From the NCBI GenBank assembly GCA_021372615.1, contig JAJFUB010000034.1, positions 34,927 through 98,926 on the forward strand: a DNA stretch of 64,000 nt. Direction: 5' to 3'. This document shows positions 25,688 to 35,384 of the stretch, one piece after another. Below the pieces are notes generated by a model that was not told the origin of the DNA, searched no databases, and was given only the letters and a program-made list of their open reading frames with translations. Positions within the stretch are counted from its first letter, which is position 1; each line of letters starts with the position of its first letter. This DNA is from a bacterium. GTDB lineage: Bacteria; Armatimonadota; Zipacnadia; Zipacnadales; UBA11051. The position numbers and the translations under genes were made by a program.

Positions 25688-26629
25688 ATGAAAACGGTAA
25701 CTGCCGTGGCAGTATTGGGTGCGGTGTTGGCAGCGTGGCTGTGCTGCACCGGGTGCAGCCGCCCGCCGGACCAGTCCGCCGTGGCGCCGCCCATGCCGGG
25801 AACCGAGGCCCAGCCGGGCCCACAGGCCGCCGGCGCCACCGTCAGCCAGGTCGGCTCCACCACCGTGCTGCCGCTGGCCGAGAAGTGGCGCGACGCGTTC
25901 AACCAGCAGCGCCCGGAAGTGAACCTGGCCGTCTCGGGTGGCGGCTCGGGCGCGGGGATCGAGGCGCTCAGCAACAAGTCGGCCCAGATCGCCAACGCCT
26001 CCCGCGAGATCAAGGCCAGGGAGAAGGAGAGCGCCGCCGCCAAGGGCGTCAACCCGGTCGAGCACCTGGTCGCCTACGACGGCATAGCGGTCATCGTCTC
26101 CAGGGATAACCCGCTCACGGAGATCTCCGTGCAGAAGCTCTCGGACATCTACACCGGGAAGATCACGAAGTGGGACGAGGTGGGCGCGAAGGGCCTCGGG
26201 GCCATCCAGCTCGTGAACCGCGACTCCGCCTCGGGCACCTATGACGCCTTCAAGGAGATGGTCGTGCAGCTCGGCGGCAAGGACAAGCAGCGCGATTACG
26301 CCGCCGGCACGATGAACCAGACCTCGAACGAGGCCGTCAAGACGACCGTGGCCCAGGGCAGGGGCGCCATCGGCTACGTCGGCCTGGGCTATGTGGACGA
26401 CACGATCAAGACGCTGAAGGTCATCGGGCTCAAGGGCGGCGCGGCAGTGGCGCCGAGCGTGGACACGGTCATGAACAAGTCCTATCCGATCTCCCGTGCC
26501 CTGTACATGTACACCGATGGCGAGCCGAGTGGCGCCATCAAGGACTACCTGGACTACGTGAAGAGCGACGCCGGCCAGGCCATCGTCGTGCAGCTCGGGT
26601 TCGTACCCATCCGCAAGCTGTCCCGGTGA
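25688..26629 (+). CDS. pstS: Phosphate ABC transporter substrate-binding protein PstS (lipoprotein)
   Basis: Signal/lipobox MKTVTAVAVLGAVLAAWLCCTGC. PstS-family motifs SGGGSGAGIEAL, ...ANASREIK..., SASGTYDAF and GAIGYVGLGYV. Confidence 0.85.
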   Translation: MKTVTAVAVLGAVLAAWLCCTGCSRPPDQSAVAPPMPGTEAQPGPQAAGATVSQVGSTTVLPLAEKWRDAFNQQRPEVNLAVSGGGSGAGIEALSNKSAQIANASREIKAREKESAAAKGVNPVEHLVAYDGIAVIVSRDNPLTEISVQKLSDIYTGKITKWDEVGAKGLGAIQLVNRDSASGTYDAFKEMVVQLGGKDKQRDYAAGTMNQTSNEAVKTTVAQGRGAIGYVGLGYVDDTIKTLKVIGLKGGAAVAPSVDTVMNKSYPISRALYMYTDGEPSGAIKDYLDYVKSDAGQAIVVQLGFVPIRKLSR

Positions 26630-26641
26630 TGGCTGGAGGCT

Positions 26642-26699
26642 GTCCAGTAGGGCGGGCGGCTCGCCTGCCCGCGCGGGCGGGCCGCCCGCGCTACTGGGA
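26642..26699 (+). terminator. Large imperfect intercistronic hairpin between pstS and pstC (possible partial terminator/attenuator)
   Basis: tccagtagggcgggcggc...gccgcccgcgctactggga form ~19-bp arms with 2 mismatches, 13 nt after the pstS stop. Confidence 0.35.
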
Positions 26700-26823
26700 C
26701 CATATAGCCAATCGCGGGACACAACACTAGCACAGCCGTACCCTCCCGGCGGCAGGAGCGGCTCGGCGTGGGCACCATCCACGAGCCGCTCTTGTCGCAC
26801 GAGCGCAGACCGAAGGTCGGGGC

Positions 26824-27720
26824 ATGAGGAAGACCACGCAGCGGATACAGGAATGGGTCATGGAGCGCACGATCACCCTCGCCGGGATCGCGGCGATCGT
26901 GTTCGTGCTGCTGATCTTCGGCTTCCTGCTGCGCGACTCGCTGCCCCTGCTGCACACGGCGTCACCCGCGGCGCTGCTGACCGACACGCGCTGGCTGCCG
27001 ACCTCCGAGCCCCCCCGCTTTGGGTTGCTGCCGCTGCTGCTCGGGTCGCTGTACGTGACCTTCGGGGCGCTGGTGCTGGCGGTGCCGCTGGGGCTGGGGT
27101 GCGCCGTGTTCATCGCCGAAGTGGCCCCGCCACGCTGGCGCGAATGGCTGAAGCCCGCCGTGGAGCTGCTCGCCGCTGTCCCCTCGGTGGTTTTCGGGTT
27201 CGTCGGGATGCTCATGGTGGGGCCGTGGCTGGCAGAGAGGCTCCAACTGCCCATCGGGCAGTTCGCCGCCCTGGGGTCGCTGCTGCTGGCCTTCATGGCG
27301 ATCCCGACCATCGTGTCGGTGGCCGAGGACGCCCTGACCGCCGTGCCACGGGCGCTGCGCGACAACTCGCTGGCGATGGGCGCGACCGAGTGGCAGACAA
27401 TCTCGCGCATCACCGTGCCGGCGGCGCGCTCGGGCATCATCGCCGCCTGCCTGCTGGGCCTGGGCCGGGCCATCGGGGAGACGATGACCGTGCTGATGGT
27501 CACGGGCAACGCGGCCGTCATCCCCCACGGCCTGGCGGGCTTCATGCAGCCGGTGCGGACCATGACCGCCACGATCGCCGCCGAGATGGGGGAGACGGCG
27601 TACCACACGCCGCACTACTACGCCCTGTTCATGGTCGGGCTGTTGCTGTTTGGCATCACGCTGGTGACGAACATGATCGCGGATGTCATCGTGCACCGGG
27701 CCGGAGGGGTGAAGCTATGA
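26824..27720 (+). CDS. pstC: Phosphate ABC transporter permease PstC
   Basis: Multiple TM helices and the EAA-like motif region (AMGATEWQTISRITVPAARSGII). Standard order after pstS. Confidence 0.85.
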   Translation: MRKTTQRIQEWVMERTITLAGIAAIVFVLLIFGFLLRDSLPLLHTASPAALLTDTRWLPTSEPPRFGLLPLLLGSLYVTFGALVLAVPLGLGCAVFIAEVAPPRWREWLKPAVELLAAVPSVVFGFVGMLMVGPWLAERLQLPIGQFAALGSLLLAFMAIPTIVSVAEDALTAVPRALRDNSLAMGATEWQTISRITVPAARSGIIAACLLGLGRAIGETMTVLMVTGNAAVIPHGLAGFMQPVRTMTATIAAEMGETAYHTPHYYALFMVGLLLFGITLVTNMIADVIVHRAGGVKL

Positions 27721-28553
27721 GGCTGCCCCCCGGCCTCGTGCAGAGGCTGGCCTTCGCCGCCCTCACCGGGGCGATGATCGTGGTTGCGCTACCGGTCGTC
27801 GGCATCGTCACCATGATGATCGTCAAGGGCGCGCCGGGGCTGACGGCCAAGCTGTTCTTCCAGGGCTCCCAGGCCCTGTTGCCGGCCATCGTCGGCACGG
27901 TGTATCTGGTGCTACTGACGGCCGCCATCGCCGCGCCGGTGGGGATCCTGGCGGCGGTCTACCTGAGCGAATACGCCCGGCAGGGCCCGCTGGTGCGGGC
28001 CATCCGGCTGGCGATCGTGAACCTGGCGGGCGTGCCCTCGGTCGTGTACGGTCTGTTCGGGCTGGCGCTGTTCGTGATGATGCTGAAGTTCGGCCGGTGC
28101 CTGCTGTCGGGCAGCGCGACACTGGCGCTGCTCGTGCTGCCGCTGATCATCAGCGCCTCGGAAGAGGCGCTGCGGCAGGTGCCGCGGCGGCTGCGGGATG
28201 GCTCGCTGGCCCTGGGGGCCACCAAGTGGCAGACGGTGCGGCGCGTGGTGCTGCCCAACGCCTTGCCGGGGATCATCACCGGCCTGATCCTGGCCATCAG
28301 CCGCGCCGCGGGAGAGACGGCTCCGATCCTGTTCACGGCCGCCTTCTTCTCCCTGACCCACCCGTATCCCAAGTCCGTCTTCTACCCGGTCCTGGCCCTG
28401 CCGTACCAGCTCTTCGTCATGTCCACGGAGATGCCGGAGGTCACGACCACGAGCAAATGGGCCGCGGCCCTCGTACTGGTCGTTCTCGTCTTGGGGATTA
28501 ACGCCGGGGCCATCGTGTACCGGGCCCGGCTGCGGAGGAAGCAACGGTGGTAG
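27717..28553 (+). CDS. pstA: Phosphate ABC transporter permease PstA
   Basis: ATG overlaps the pstC stop (ATGA). EAA motif [25 protein letters not shown]-rich. Confidence 0.85.
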   Translation: MRLPPGLVQRLAFAALTGAMIVVALPVVGIVTMMIVKGAPGLTAKLFFQGSQALLPAIVGTVYLVLLTAAIAAPVGILAAVYLSEYARQGPLVRAIRLAIVNLAGVPSVVYGLFGLALFVMMLKFGRCLLSGSATLALLVLPLIISASEEALRQVPRRLRDGSLALGATKWQTVRRVVLPNALPGIITGLILAISRAAGETAPILFTAAFFSLTHPYPKSVFYPVLALPYQLFVMSTEMPEVTTTSKWAAALVLVVLVLGINAGAIVYRARLRRKQRW

Positions 28554-29374
28554 AACCTGCGACCATTCAGGCGGGGGCGGAGGCCATCCGCCCGCCGGAG
28601 GTCATTGTCCGGCCGCCCGGAGAGATCCGGCTGGCGACCCACGACCTGCACATGCGCTACGGGTCGTTCCATGCCCTCAAGGGCATCAGCATGGCGGTGC
28701 CCGCGCGGCAGATCACGGCCCTGATCGGGCCGTCGGGATGCGGCAAGTCGTCGTTCCTGCGCTGCTTCAACCGCATGAACGACGTGATTGACGGCGTGCG
28801 CATCGAGGGTGACGTACTGCTCGACGGGGAGGACATCAACCGGCCGGGGCTCGACGTAGCCGAGCTGCGCAAGCGTGTGGGGATGGTCTTCCAGGCGCCG
28901 AACCCCTTCCCGATGAGCATCTACGACAACATCGCCTACGGCCCGCGCCTGCACGGCAGCCCGGGTCGCGAGGAGCTGGACCAACTGGTCGAGGAGAGCC
29001 TGCGGGGCGCGGCGCTGTGGGACGAAGTGAAGGACAAGCTGCGGCAGTCGGCGCTGGGACTGTCGGGCGGGCAGCAGCAGCGGCTGTGCATCGCCCGCGT
29101 GCTGGCTGTGCGACCCGAGGTGCTGCTGATGGACGAGCCCGCCAGCGCCCTCGACCCGACCGCCACTTTCCACATTGAGGAGCTGATGCTGCGCCTCAAG
29201 GACCAGTACACGATCGTCATCGTGACCCACAACATGTACCAGGCCTCGCGTGTCTCGACGTACACCGGCTTCTTTCTGCTGGGCGAGCTGGTGGAGTACG
29301 GCCCGACCGAGCGCATCTTCGAGAATCCCGTGGACCGGCGCACTGATGACTACGTGCGCGGCCGCTTTGGGTAG
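28547..29374 (+). CDS. pstB: Phosphate ABC transporter ATP-binding protein PstB
   Basis: Walker [13 protein letters not shown] signature LSGGQQQRL and Walker [15 protein letters not shown] start overlaps the pstA end. Confidence 0.9.
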   Translation: MVEPATIQAGAEAIRPPEVIVRPPGEIRLATHDLHMRYGSFHALKGISMAVPARQITALIGPSGCGKSSFLRCFNRMNDVIDGVRIEGDVLLDGEDINRPGLDVAELRKRVGMVFQAPNPFPMSIYDNIAYGPRLHGSPGREELDQLVEESLRGAALWDEVKDKLRQSALGLSGGQQQRLCIARVLAVRPEVLLMDEPASALDPTATFHIEELMLRLKDQYTIVIVTHNMYQASRVSTYTGFFLLGELVEYGPTERIFENPVDRRTDDYVRGRFG

Positions 29375-29380
29375 GCCCCC

Positions 29381-30085
29381 ATGGATAACGGCACCATGCG
29401 CACCCGCCAGTCTTTCGACGAAGAACTGCACCAGCTCGAGCAGCGCCTGCTGCAGTTCGGCTCGTACGTGGAGGGCATGCTCGAGCAGGCCACACGCGCC
29501 CTCGTGGGACAGGACCTGAACCTCGCCCGCCAGGTCGTCGCCGCGGACGACCGGGCCGACGAGATGGATCTGGAGATCGAGCACACCTGCATGCGCCTGC
29601 TGGCCCTGCAGCAGCCGATGGCGCGTGACCTGCGCATGATCGGCACCGTGATGAAGATCATCGTGGATGTCGAACGCATCGGCGACTACTCGGTGGACAT
29701 CGCCAAGGCCGCGCTGAGCCTGGCCGACACGGCGTACTTCAAGCCGCTGGTGGACCTGCCGAGGATGAGCGAGCTGGTGCGCGGCCTGCTCCGCTGCGCG
29801 CTGGAGGCGCTCGTGAAGCGCGACTTGGACCTGGCGCGGGAGTGTGGGGAGATGGACAACGCCGTGGACGCCATGTGGAAGAGCCTGCGCGCCGAGTTGG
29901 AGGGGATCATGCAGCAACACCCCGAGGTCGTGCCGCAGGCCGTGGCGCTGATCCTCGTGACGCGCTACCTCGAGCGCATCGCTGATCATGCCGTCAACGT
30001 CGCCGAGCGCGTCACGTACATCGAGACAGGCCACGTGGAGACGCTGGTGCGCCGCCACAGCGGGGACGCCAGCGAGGCCACGTAG
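29381..30085 (+). CDS. phoU: Phosphate signalling complex protein PhoU
   Basis: Two PhoU repeats (DDRADEMDLEIE..., ERIGDYSVDIAKAA / ERIADHAVNVAERV). 234 aa. Confidence 0.85.
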   Translation: MDNGTMRTRQSFDEELHQLEQRLLQFGSYVEGMLEQATRALVGQDLNLARQVVAADDRADEMDLEIEHTCMRLLALQQPMARDLRMIGTVMKIIVDVERIGDYSVDIAKAALSLADTAYFKPLVDLPRMSELVRGLLRCALEALVKRDLDLARECGEMDNAVDAMWKSLRAELEGIMQQHPEVVPQAVALILVTRYLERIADHAVNVAERVTYIETGHVETLVRRHSGDASEAT

Positions 30086-30086
30086 C

Positions 30087-30142
30087 GGCGCGATTCATCG
30101 CGCCGTCCTCATGCCGCACGGAGGGTGCGATGAATCGCACCC
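30087..30142. terminator. Pair of GC-rich hairpins sharing a CGATTCATCG/CGATGAATCG core (bidirectional terminator between convergent phoU and DUF58 genes)
   Basis: cggcgcga-ttca-tcgcgccg (30087-30106) and gggtgcgat-gaa-tcgcaccc (30123-30142) are seen directly. The DUF58 gene stop is at 30143. Confidence 0.5.
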
Positions 30143-31453
30143 CTACAGGCGGCCCCGGGCCTTCAACCCCAGGTACTCGTTGACCGCCGCCACCGTCAGC
30201 TTCTCCGGCAGCGCATCCAGCACCATCACCCCGCGTTGCCGCAGCACCGCCAACGCCGCCTCACGGTCGTGCAGCACCTGCGCCGCCAGGGCCCGCTCGT
30301 AAGTCTCGGCCACATCGCCGGGCTGGCGCTCGGCGACGTACTGCAAGTCGCGGTCGCGCAGCGTGATCAGCAGCGGCAGATGGTGCGGGGCCAGGGCGGT
30401 GAGGTGCCCCAGCAGGCGGCTGGAGGCCTCCACATCCACCAGGTCGGTGAAGCACGCCACCAGCGCCCGTTTGCGCGCGCGGGAGGAGAGCACCGAGAAC
30501 GCCTCGGCATAGTCCGGCTCCACGAGGGCCGGCTGCAGGTCGTACAGCGCCTCGGTGATGAGGCCCACCTGGCGATGGCCCTTGCGTGGCGGCACGAAGG
30601 CCTTCACGTCGTCAGCGAAGGCGATCAGGCCCACGGCGTCATCGCGCTCCACGGCGACGTAGGCGAACATGAGCGCGGCATTGAGCGCATAGTCCAGGCG
30701 CGACAGGTCGCCCACGAGCGTGCTCATCATGCGCCCGGCGTCCACCATGATGACGACCGTCTGGCTGCGCTCGGTCTCATACTGACGACTGACGGGGCGG
30801 TGGCGGCGCGCCGTGGCCTTCCAGTCAATGCTGCGGAACTCATCATCGGGGCTGTACTCGCGCAGGCTCTCGAACTCCGTGCCCTGCCCCAGCCGCCGCG
30901 TCAGCCGGAAGCCGGCCTGGCGCAGCCGGTCCGACCGGGCCAGCAGTTGGTAGCGCCGCACCTCGAGCAAGTTCGGGTAGACCGCCACCTCGGCCGCGGC
31001 CGGGAAGCGGCGCTGCCAGGCGCTCAGGCCCAGGCGCGAGCGCCCCCGCACGTGCAGATCGCCGAAGGCATAGCGCCCGCGCGCCAGGGGGCGGACATGG
31101 TACGCGACGGTGCCCTGGTCATACGGCGCGAGCGTCAGGTTGAAGGTGCGGCGGTCCACGGCGAAGCCGGCGGGGGGATCGTCCTTGATGAGCAGCAACA
31201 GTTTCAGGGGGCAACGGTTGCGGACGCGGATCTCGACGCGGTTCTCGGCGCCGAGGCTGAGCTTGTCTTCGGTGATGCGCTCCAGCTCCAGCACGGCGAG
31301 GCGGCGGCTGGCCAGATGGTCCAGGGCGATGAGCAGTACGATGGCCACCAACGCCAGGGGGCCCAGCGTCCCCGCCCACGGCACCAGCTCCCTGACCAGC
31401 GAGATCAGGGCCGGCACGAGCAGCAGCGCCAGCGCCAGCGGCGTGAGGGGCAT
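30143..31453 (-). CDS. DUF58 domain protein (vWA-like, MoxR-associated family) with N-terminal TM segment
   Basis: ATG 31453 encodes MPLTPLALALLLVPALISL (TM). The DUF58 core EFESLREYSPDDEFRSIDWKATARRHRP...VVIMVDAGRMM is present. The in-frame upstream extension to 31714 was rejected as low-complexity Arg/Pro/Ser. Confidence 0.6.
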   Translation of the reverse strand: MPLTPLALALLLVPALISLVRELVPWAGTLGPLALVAIVLLIALDHLASRRLAVLELERITEDKLSLGAENRVEIRVRNRCPLKLLLLIKDDPPAGFAVDRRTFNLTLAPYDQGTVAYHVRPLARGRYAFGDLHVRGRSRLGLSAWQRRFPAAAEVAVYPNLLEVRRYQLLARSDRLRQAGFRLTRRLGQGTEFESLREYSPDDEFRSIDWKATARRHRPVSRQYETERSQTVVIMVDAGRMMSTLVGDLSRLDYALNAALMFAYVAVERDDAVGLIAFADDVKAFVPPRKGHRQVGLITEALYDLQPALVEPDYAEAFSVLSSRARKRALVACFTDLVDVEASSRLLGHLTALAPHHLPLLITLRDRDLQYVAERQPGDVAETYERALAAQVLHDREAALAVLRQRGVMVLDALPEKLTVAAVNEYLGLKARGRL

Positions 31454-31505
31454 GGGGGAGAAGTTCGCAGCGCGCCCCGGCCGCACCTGCCCCGGGCCGG
31501 ACGCC

Positions 31506-32606
31506 TTAGGGCAGCGGCAGTGCGATGACCTCGCGGCGCGCGCTAGACAGGACGGCCGCCTGGGCCAACTCCACTGCCCGCAGGCCGGCATCGTCGAACA
31601 GGTCGGCGTTAGCCGTGTCGGTGAACGTCCCGTTGGCCTGCGCCACCATGGCCCGGAACTCGTCGGCCACCAGCTCGCGCAGGAAGAGCGGCACGTCCTC
31701 ATCGGGCCGGCCATGCACGCGGCCCTTGGTCATCAGACCATAGGCCTCATCGGACGACTGCTGCTCCTCCGGGTCGTCGTACATCGCCCGCACCTCCTCA
31801 CCCGACTTGCCGGCGATGGTCAGCTTCCCGGCCTGCCAGTGGATGATGATCGTGCCCTCCGAGCCGTGGATCGTCATGCAGTGCTCCCGGCGGCGATAGG
31901 CCGAGCCCAGCTCGAACGTCCCCAGCGCACCGGACCGGAAGCGCACGGCGAGCTGCACGACATCATCCTCCGCCTCGGGCCCGTCGGCCTGGTGGGCCAG
32001 GTTCGCCATCTGCGCGACGACGGTGTCGTAGTCGCCCAGCAGCCAGCGTGCGGTACACAACTCGTGCATGTGGTGGAACAGGTGGCCGCCGGATAGCTCG
32101 CGCTTCATCTTCCAGCTCGGCGACGGCCCGCGCAGGTCCACCCAGAAGATGCGTTCGCAGCGCATGGCCACGGGCGTGCCGATCTCCCCGGCCACGATGG
32201 CCTCGCGCGCGGCCCGCACGCCGTCCATGAAGCGCTGCGGGTGGCCGAGGAAGAGCATGACCCCGGCGGCGCGCGCGGCAGCCATCATTGCGCGGCAGTC
32301 GGCCACGTTCAGTGCCATCGGCTTTTCCAGGAAGATGTGCTTGCCCGCCCGCGCGGCCTGCAGCACCGGCTCCAGGTGCGCATGGTTGGCGGTCGCGACG
32401 ACGACAGCATTGACCTCGCCATCGGCCAGCAGCGCCTCGACCGAGGCGAAGTGCCGGCAGCCCAACTGCTGCGCCAGCGCCGCCGCCGTATCGGCGGTGC
32501 GGTTCCACACGCCCACCAGCGAGCAGCCCGGCACACGCTGCGCCAGCCGCGCCTCCAGCTTGCCCATGTAGCCTGTGCCGATGATGCCGAAACGTAGTTC
32601 GTTCAT
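31506..32606 (-). CDS. Gfo/Idh/MocA family oxidoreductase
   Basis: ATG 32606 follows GAGGT. Rossmann LRFGIIGTGYMG and FLEKP motif. The 5' extension to 32702 was rejected. Confidence 0.75.
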   Translation of the reverse strand: MNELRFGIIGTGYMGKLEARLAQRVPGCSLVGVWNRTADTAAALAQQLGCRHFASVEALLADGEVNAVVVATANHAHLEPVLQAARAGKHIFLEKPMALNVADCRAMMAAARAAGVMLFLGHPQRFMDGVRAAREAIVAGEIGTPVAMRCERIFWVDLRGPSPSWKMKRELSGGHLFHHMHELCTARWLLGDYDTVVAQMANLAHQADGPEAEDDVVQLAVRFRSGALGTFELGSAYRRREHCMTIHGSEGTIIIHWQAGKLTIAGKSGEEVRAMYDDPEEQQSSDEAYGLMTKGRVHGRPDEDVPLFLRELVADEFRAMVAQANGTFTDTANADLFDDAGLRAVELAQAAVLSSARREVIALPLP

Positions 32607-32760
32607 GTTGACCTCGTCCGTCTGGCCGTGTCGCCCGCGAAGGCCGGCATCTTCCCGCCATCCCCCGCAGGGACCTCCCGCCCAGTCACTTGCCCTCCCC
32701 AAACATCAGAGCCACCCTCGGGGGAGGGTGGCTCTGTGGGTCAACCATGGCGTCGGCCGG

Positions 32761-34011
32761 CTAGCGTCGCCGACTCGCCCGGCGCGGCGTCAGGCGCCCG
32801 CCGGTGCGCGCGCCGCCGGACCACGAACTCGGTGTGGACGCGGGGCGGCCGTTCCGGCCCACCGCGGGAGCCTGGAAGGTCGGCCGCCCGTAGTCGAAGC
32901 CCTCGATCTCGCGCACGGTGATCGGCTTGCCGAGCGCCTTCTCGATGTCGCGCACGGCCTCGCGGTCGTCAGCCGTGACGAGCGTCAGCGCGTCGCCGGT
33001 GTGCTCGGCGCGGCCGGTGCGGCCGATGCGGTGGATGTAGGCATCCGCGCAATCGGGCATGTCGTAGTTGATGACATGCGAGATGCCCGCCACGTCAATG
33101 CCGCGGGCGGCGATATCGGTGGCTACGAGCGTCTTGAACTTGCCCTCGCGGAAGCCGTCGAGTGCCCGCTGCCGCTGGCCCTGCGACTTGTTCGAGTGCA
33201 GCACCGCGGCCTGATGGCCGTTGCGCTCGATCTGCGCGGCCACACGGTCGGCGCGGTGCTTGGTGCGGGTGAAGATCAGCACCGAGCGCGCCTCGGTCCG
33301 CTCCAGCAGATGCAACAACAGCTCGGTCTTGCGCTCCTGAGGCACCGGGCACAGCGTATGCTCGACCGTCTGTGCCGGGGCCGCGATCGCCACGCCGATG
33401 CGCTCAGGCCGGTGCATGATCTCGCTTGCCAGCCGGTTCAGCTCGGGGGCGAAGGTCGCCGAGAACAGCATCGTCTGGCGGCGGCGCTCCGTCGCCTGGC
33501 AGATGCGGCGCACGGGCGGCAGGAAGCCCATGTCGAGCATCCGGTCGGCCTCGTCGAGCACGAGGACCTCCACGTGCTCCAGCTTGGCGTTGCCCCGCTG
33601 GACGTGGTCCAGCAGGCGGCCCGGGCAGGCCACGATGATCTCGGTGCCCTGGCGCAGCGCCTTCTCCTGGGCCGGGAAGCCCACGCCGCCGTACACGGTG
33701 GCGGACTTGATCTTGGTGAACTTGGCGAGCTGCTTGATGGCGGCATGAATCTGCTCGGCCAGCTCGCGGGTGGGGGTGACGATCAGGGCTCGCGTCCGTC
33801 CGCGCGGGGCAGGGGTCGTGAGCAGCGACTGCAGAATGGGCAGCACGAAGGCTGCGGTCTTGCCGGTGCCGGTCTGGGCGGTGCCGATGATGTCATGGCC
33901 CTCCAGGCACGGCGGGATGGCGGCAGTCTGAATGGGAGTCGGCTCGGCATAGCCGGCCGCCTCGACGGCGCGCAACAGGCGCTCGTCCAGTGTGAAACTA
34001 CTGAAACTCAT
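32761..34011 (-). CDS. DEAD-box ATP-dependent RNA helicase
   Basis: Q-motif, AQTGTGKT (motif I), PTRELA, the DEAD box (VLDEADRMLDMGF), SAT and HRIGRTGR motifs. Arg-rich C-terminal tail. Confidence 0.85.
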   Translation of the reverse strand: MSFSSFTLDERLLRAVEAAGYAEPTPIQTAAIPPCLEGHDIIGTAQTGTGKTAAFVLPILQSLLTTPAPRGRTRALIVTPTRELAEQIHAAIKQLAKFTKIKSATVYGGVGFPAQEKALRQGTEIIVACPGRLLDHVQRGNAKLEHVEVLVLDEADRMLDMGFLPPVRRICQATERRRQTMLFSATFAPELNRLASEIMHRPERIGVAIAAPAQTVEHTLCPVPQERKTELLLHLLERTEARSVLIFTRTKHRADRVAAQIERNGHQAAVLHSNKSQGQRQRALDGFREGKFKTLVATDIAARGIDVAGISHVINYDMPDCADAYIHRIGRTGRAEHTGDALTLVTADDREAVRDIEKALGKPITVREIEGFDYGRPTFQAPAVGRNGRPASTPSSWSGGARTGGRLTPRRASRRR

Positions 34012-34377
34012 AGGGTCTCTTTCTTATCGCCAGCACACGATGATCTGTAGACCGCAGGGTTCGGCGATGCTGGTCCCGATACGCCAAATCCTGCACCCAC
34101 GCTAGTGGGTGCGCTCAGCGCATGCCGAAGGTCGCACGGCGACCTGCCTGCGGCGGCGTGCATTCATCGAGTAGCGGCTTGTAGAGGGGGCGCACAGGGG
34201 GTAGTGCGGGGGGAGATACCCAATCCATTGCCAAATCCAACAACACGTCCATACTCAACAAATGCCTACGGGGCCGCGAATGCGACACCCGTATCAGTAG
34301 TATACACAGGTCATGCGCCGAGCGCAAGGGCCGTTGCGTCCGCAGGACGCTTGGCGGTGCCGAGCACCGCCCCTCAG

Positions 34378-34397
34378 CCCGGCGCTTCAGCGCCGGG
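34378..34397 (-). terminator. Hairpin cccggcgc-ttca-gcgccggg 10 nt downstream of the DUF4352-like gene stop
   Basis: Perfect 8-bp stem. No U-tract. Confidence 0.35.
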
Positions 34398-34406
34398 GGA
34401 GGTAGC

Positions 34407-35192
34407 CTACTTCTCATCATCCCACGGCGCCTCGCCTTTGGGCTGCGGCGTCGGCGGCGTGTACTGCCCCGCCGGCACCACCGCCGACTTCGGATCCACC
34501 CGCCGCACCTTCACTGTCGCCGGCATCTGGAGTTGCCAGTCGGCGCTGATGCGGCTGTATACGCGCGGGATCATGTACGCCGTCTGGCCCTGCACGCGCC
34601 CGCCGGGGGCCAGCGTCGTGGCCGTCAGGAAGGGCAGGCCGTTGATGACCGCATCGGCCGTCGAGAACTGGTCGGAGCGGTAGATGCGGTTGTCCACGTT
34701 CAGCGTGAAGGCGTTGTTGTCCACCGGCACGTTCTCAGTGCAGTCGTTCCAGATCTGGATGCCCATCGCCACGAACTGGTAGCCAGGCATCTGGTTCTGT
34801 ATCTGCACCCCGAGAATGGAGGGCGTGACGGGATAGAGCTGCCAGGCCCAGGTGACGGTGCCGGAGGGTTGCGGCTTCTGGGGCTGGGGCGGAGCCTGGG
34901 CCAGGGGCGCCTGCGGCTGGGGCGTCACTTGCGTCTGCGGCAGGGCCGCGCTCGGGGCGTCCTCAACCTTCTTCTCCGGCAGCGCCGGGCCCTTGGGGAG
35001 GTCCGGCAGTTGCACCTGCGGCGCCGCCGGCAACTCCGGCTGGGGCCGGACGTAGTTGAAGTACACGAGCACCGCGATGGCGACGATGAGCAGGCCGATC
35101 ACGATGAGGGCGATCCATGCATACAGCGGCAGACCCGCGCGCGGCTTCTTGCCCGGCGACGGCGCCGCGGCGGCCGAGAAACGCTTGCCCAT
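34407..35192 (-). CDS. Membrane-anchored protein with Pro/Gln-rich linker and C-terminal DUF4352-like beta-sandwich domain
   Basis: N-terminal TM helix LYAWIALIVIGLLIVAIAVLVYF. A PQPQAP linker region follows, then C-terminal ...NQMPGYQFVAMGIQIWNDCTENVPV...TLNVDNRIYRSD.... Confidence 0.45.
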   Translation of the reverse strand: MGKRFSAAAAPSPGKKPRAGLPLYAWIALIVIGLLIVAIAVLVYFNYVRPQPELPAAPQVQLPDLPKGPALPEKKVEDAPSAALPQTQVTPQPQAPLAQAPPQPQKPQPSGTVTWAWQLYPVTPSILGVQIQNQMPGYQFVAMGIQIWNDCTENVPVDNNAFTLNVDNRIYRSDQFSTADAVINGLPFLTATTLAPGGRVQGQTAYMIPRVYSRISADWQLQMPATVKVRRVDPKSAVVPAGQYTPPTPQPKGEAPWDDEK

Positions 35193-35384
35193 GTGCCTTC
35201 ACCTCACACCGTAGAACATTCGACCGGGGGGTGTTCGTTCCTCCTGGCAGGGAGGTCTGGACGAGCCAAGGTGCGAAGCGACTGCCCGCAACTGCCACGT
35301 GGGCGGGTGCGTCCCCGCACCCGCGACCGTGTGGGTTCGAGGACGAACCCACCCACGCGACCTCGACGAAGGAGACAGACCCCC

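Noticed and set aside
32575-34050. 491-aa plus-strand ORF antisense to the DEAD-box helicase
   Set aside because: The helicase on the minus strand has all DEAD-box motifs. The antisense ORF is a low-complexity artefact.
34533-35384. 284-codon upstream extension of the sialidase-like gene
   Set aside because: The extension is antisense to the DUF4352-like gene and is Arg/Gly/Leu-rich. ATG 35385 has an AAGGAG RBS.
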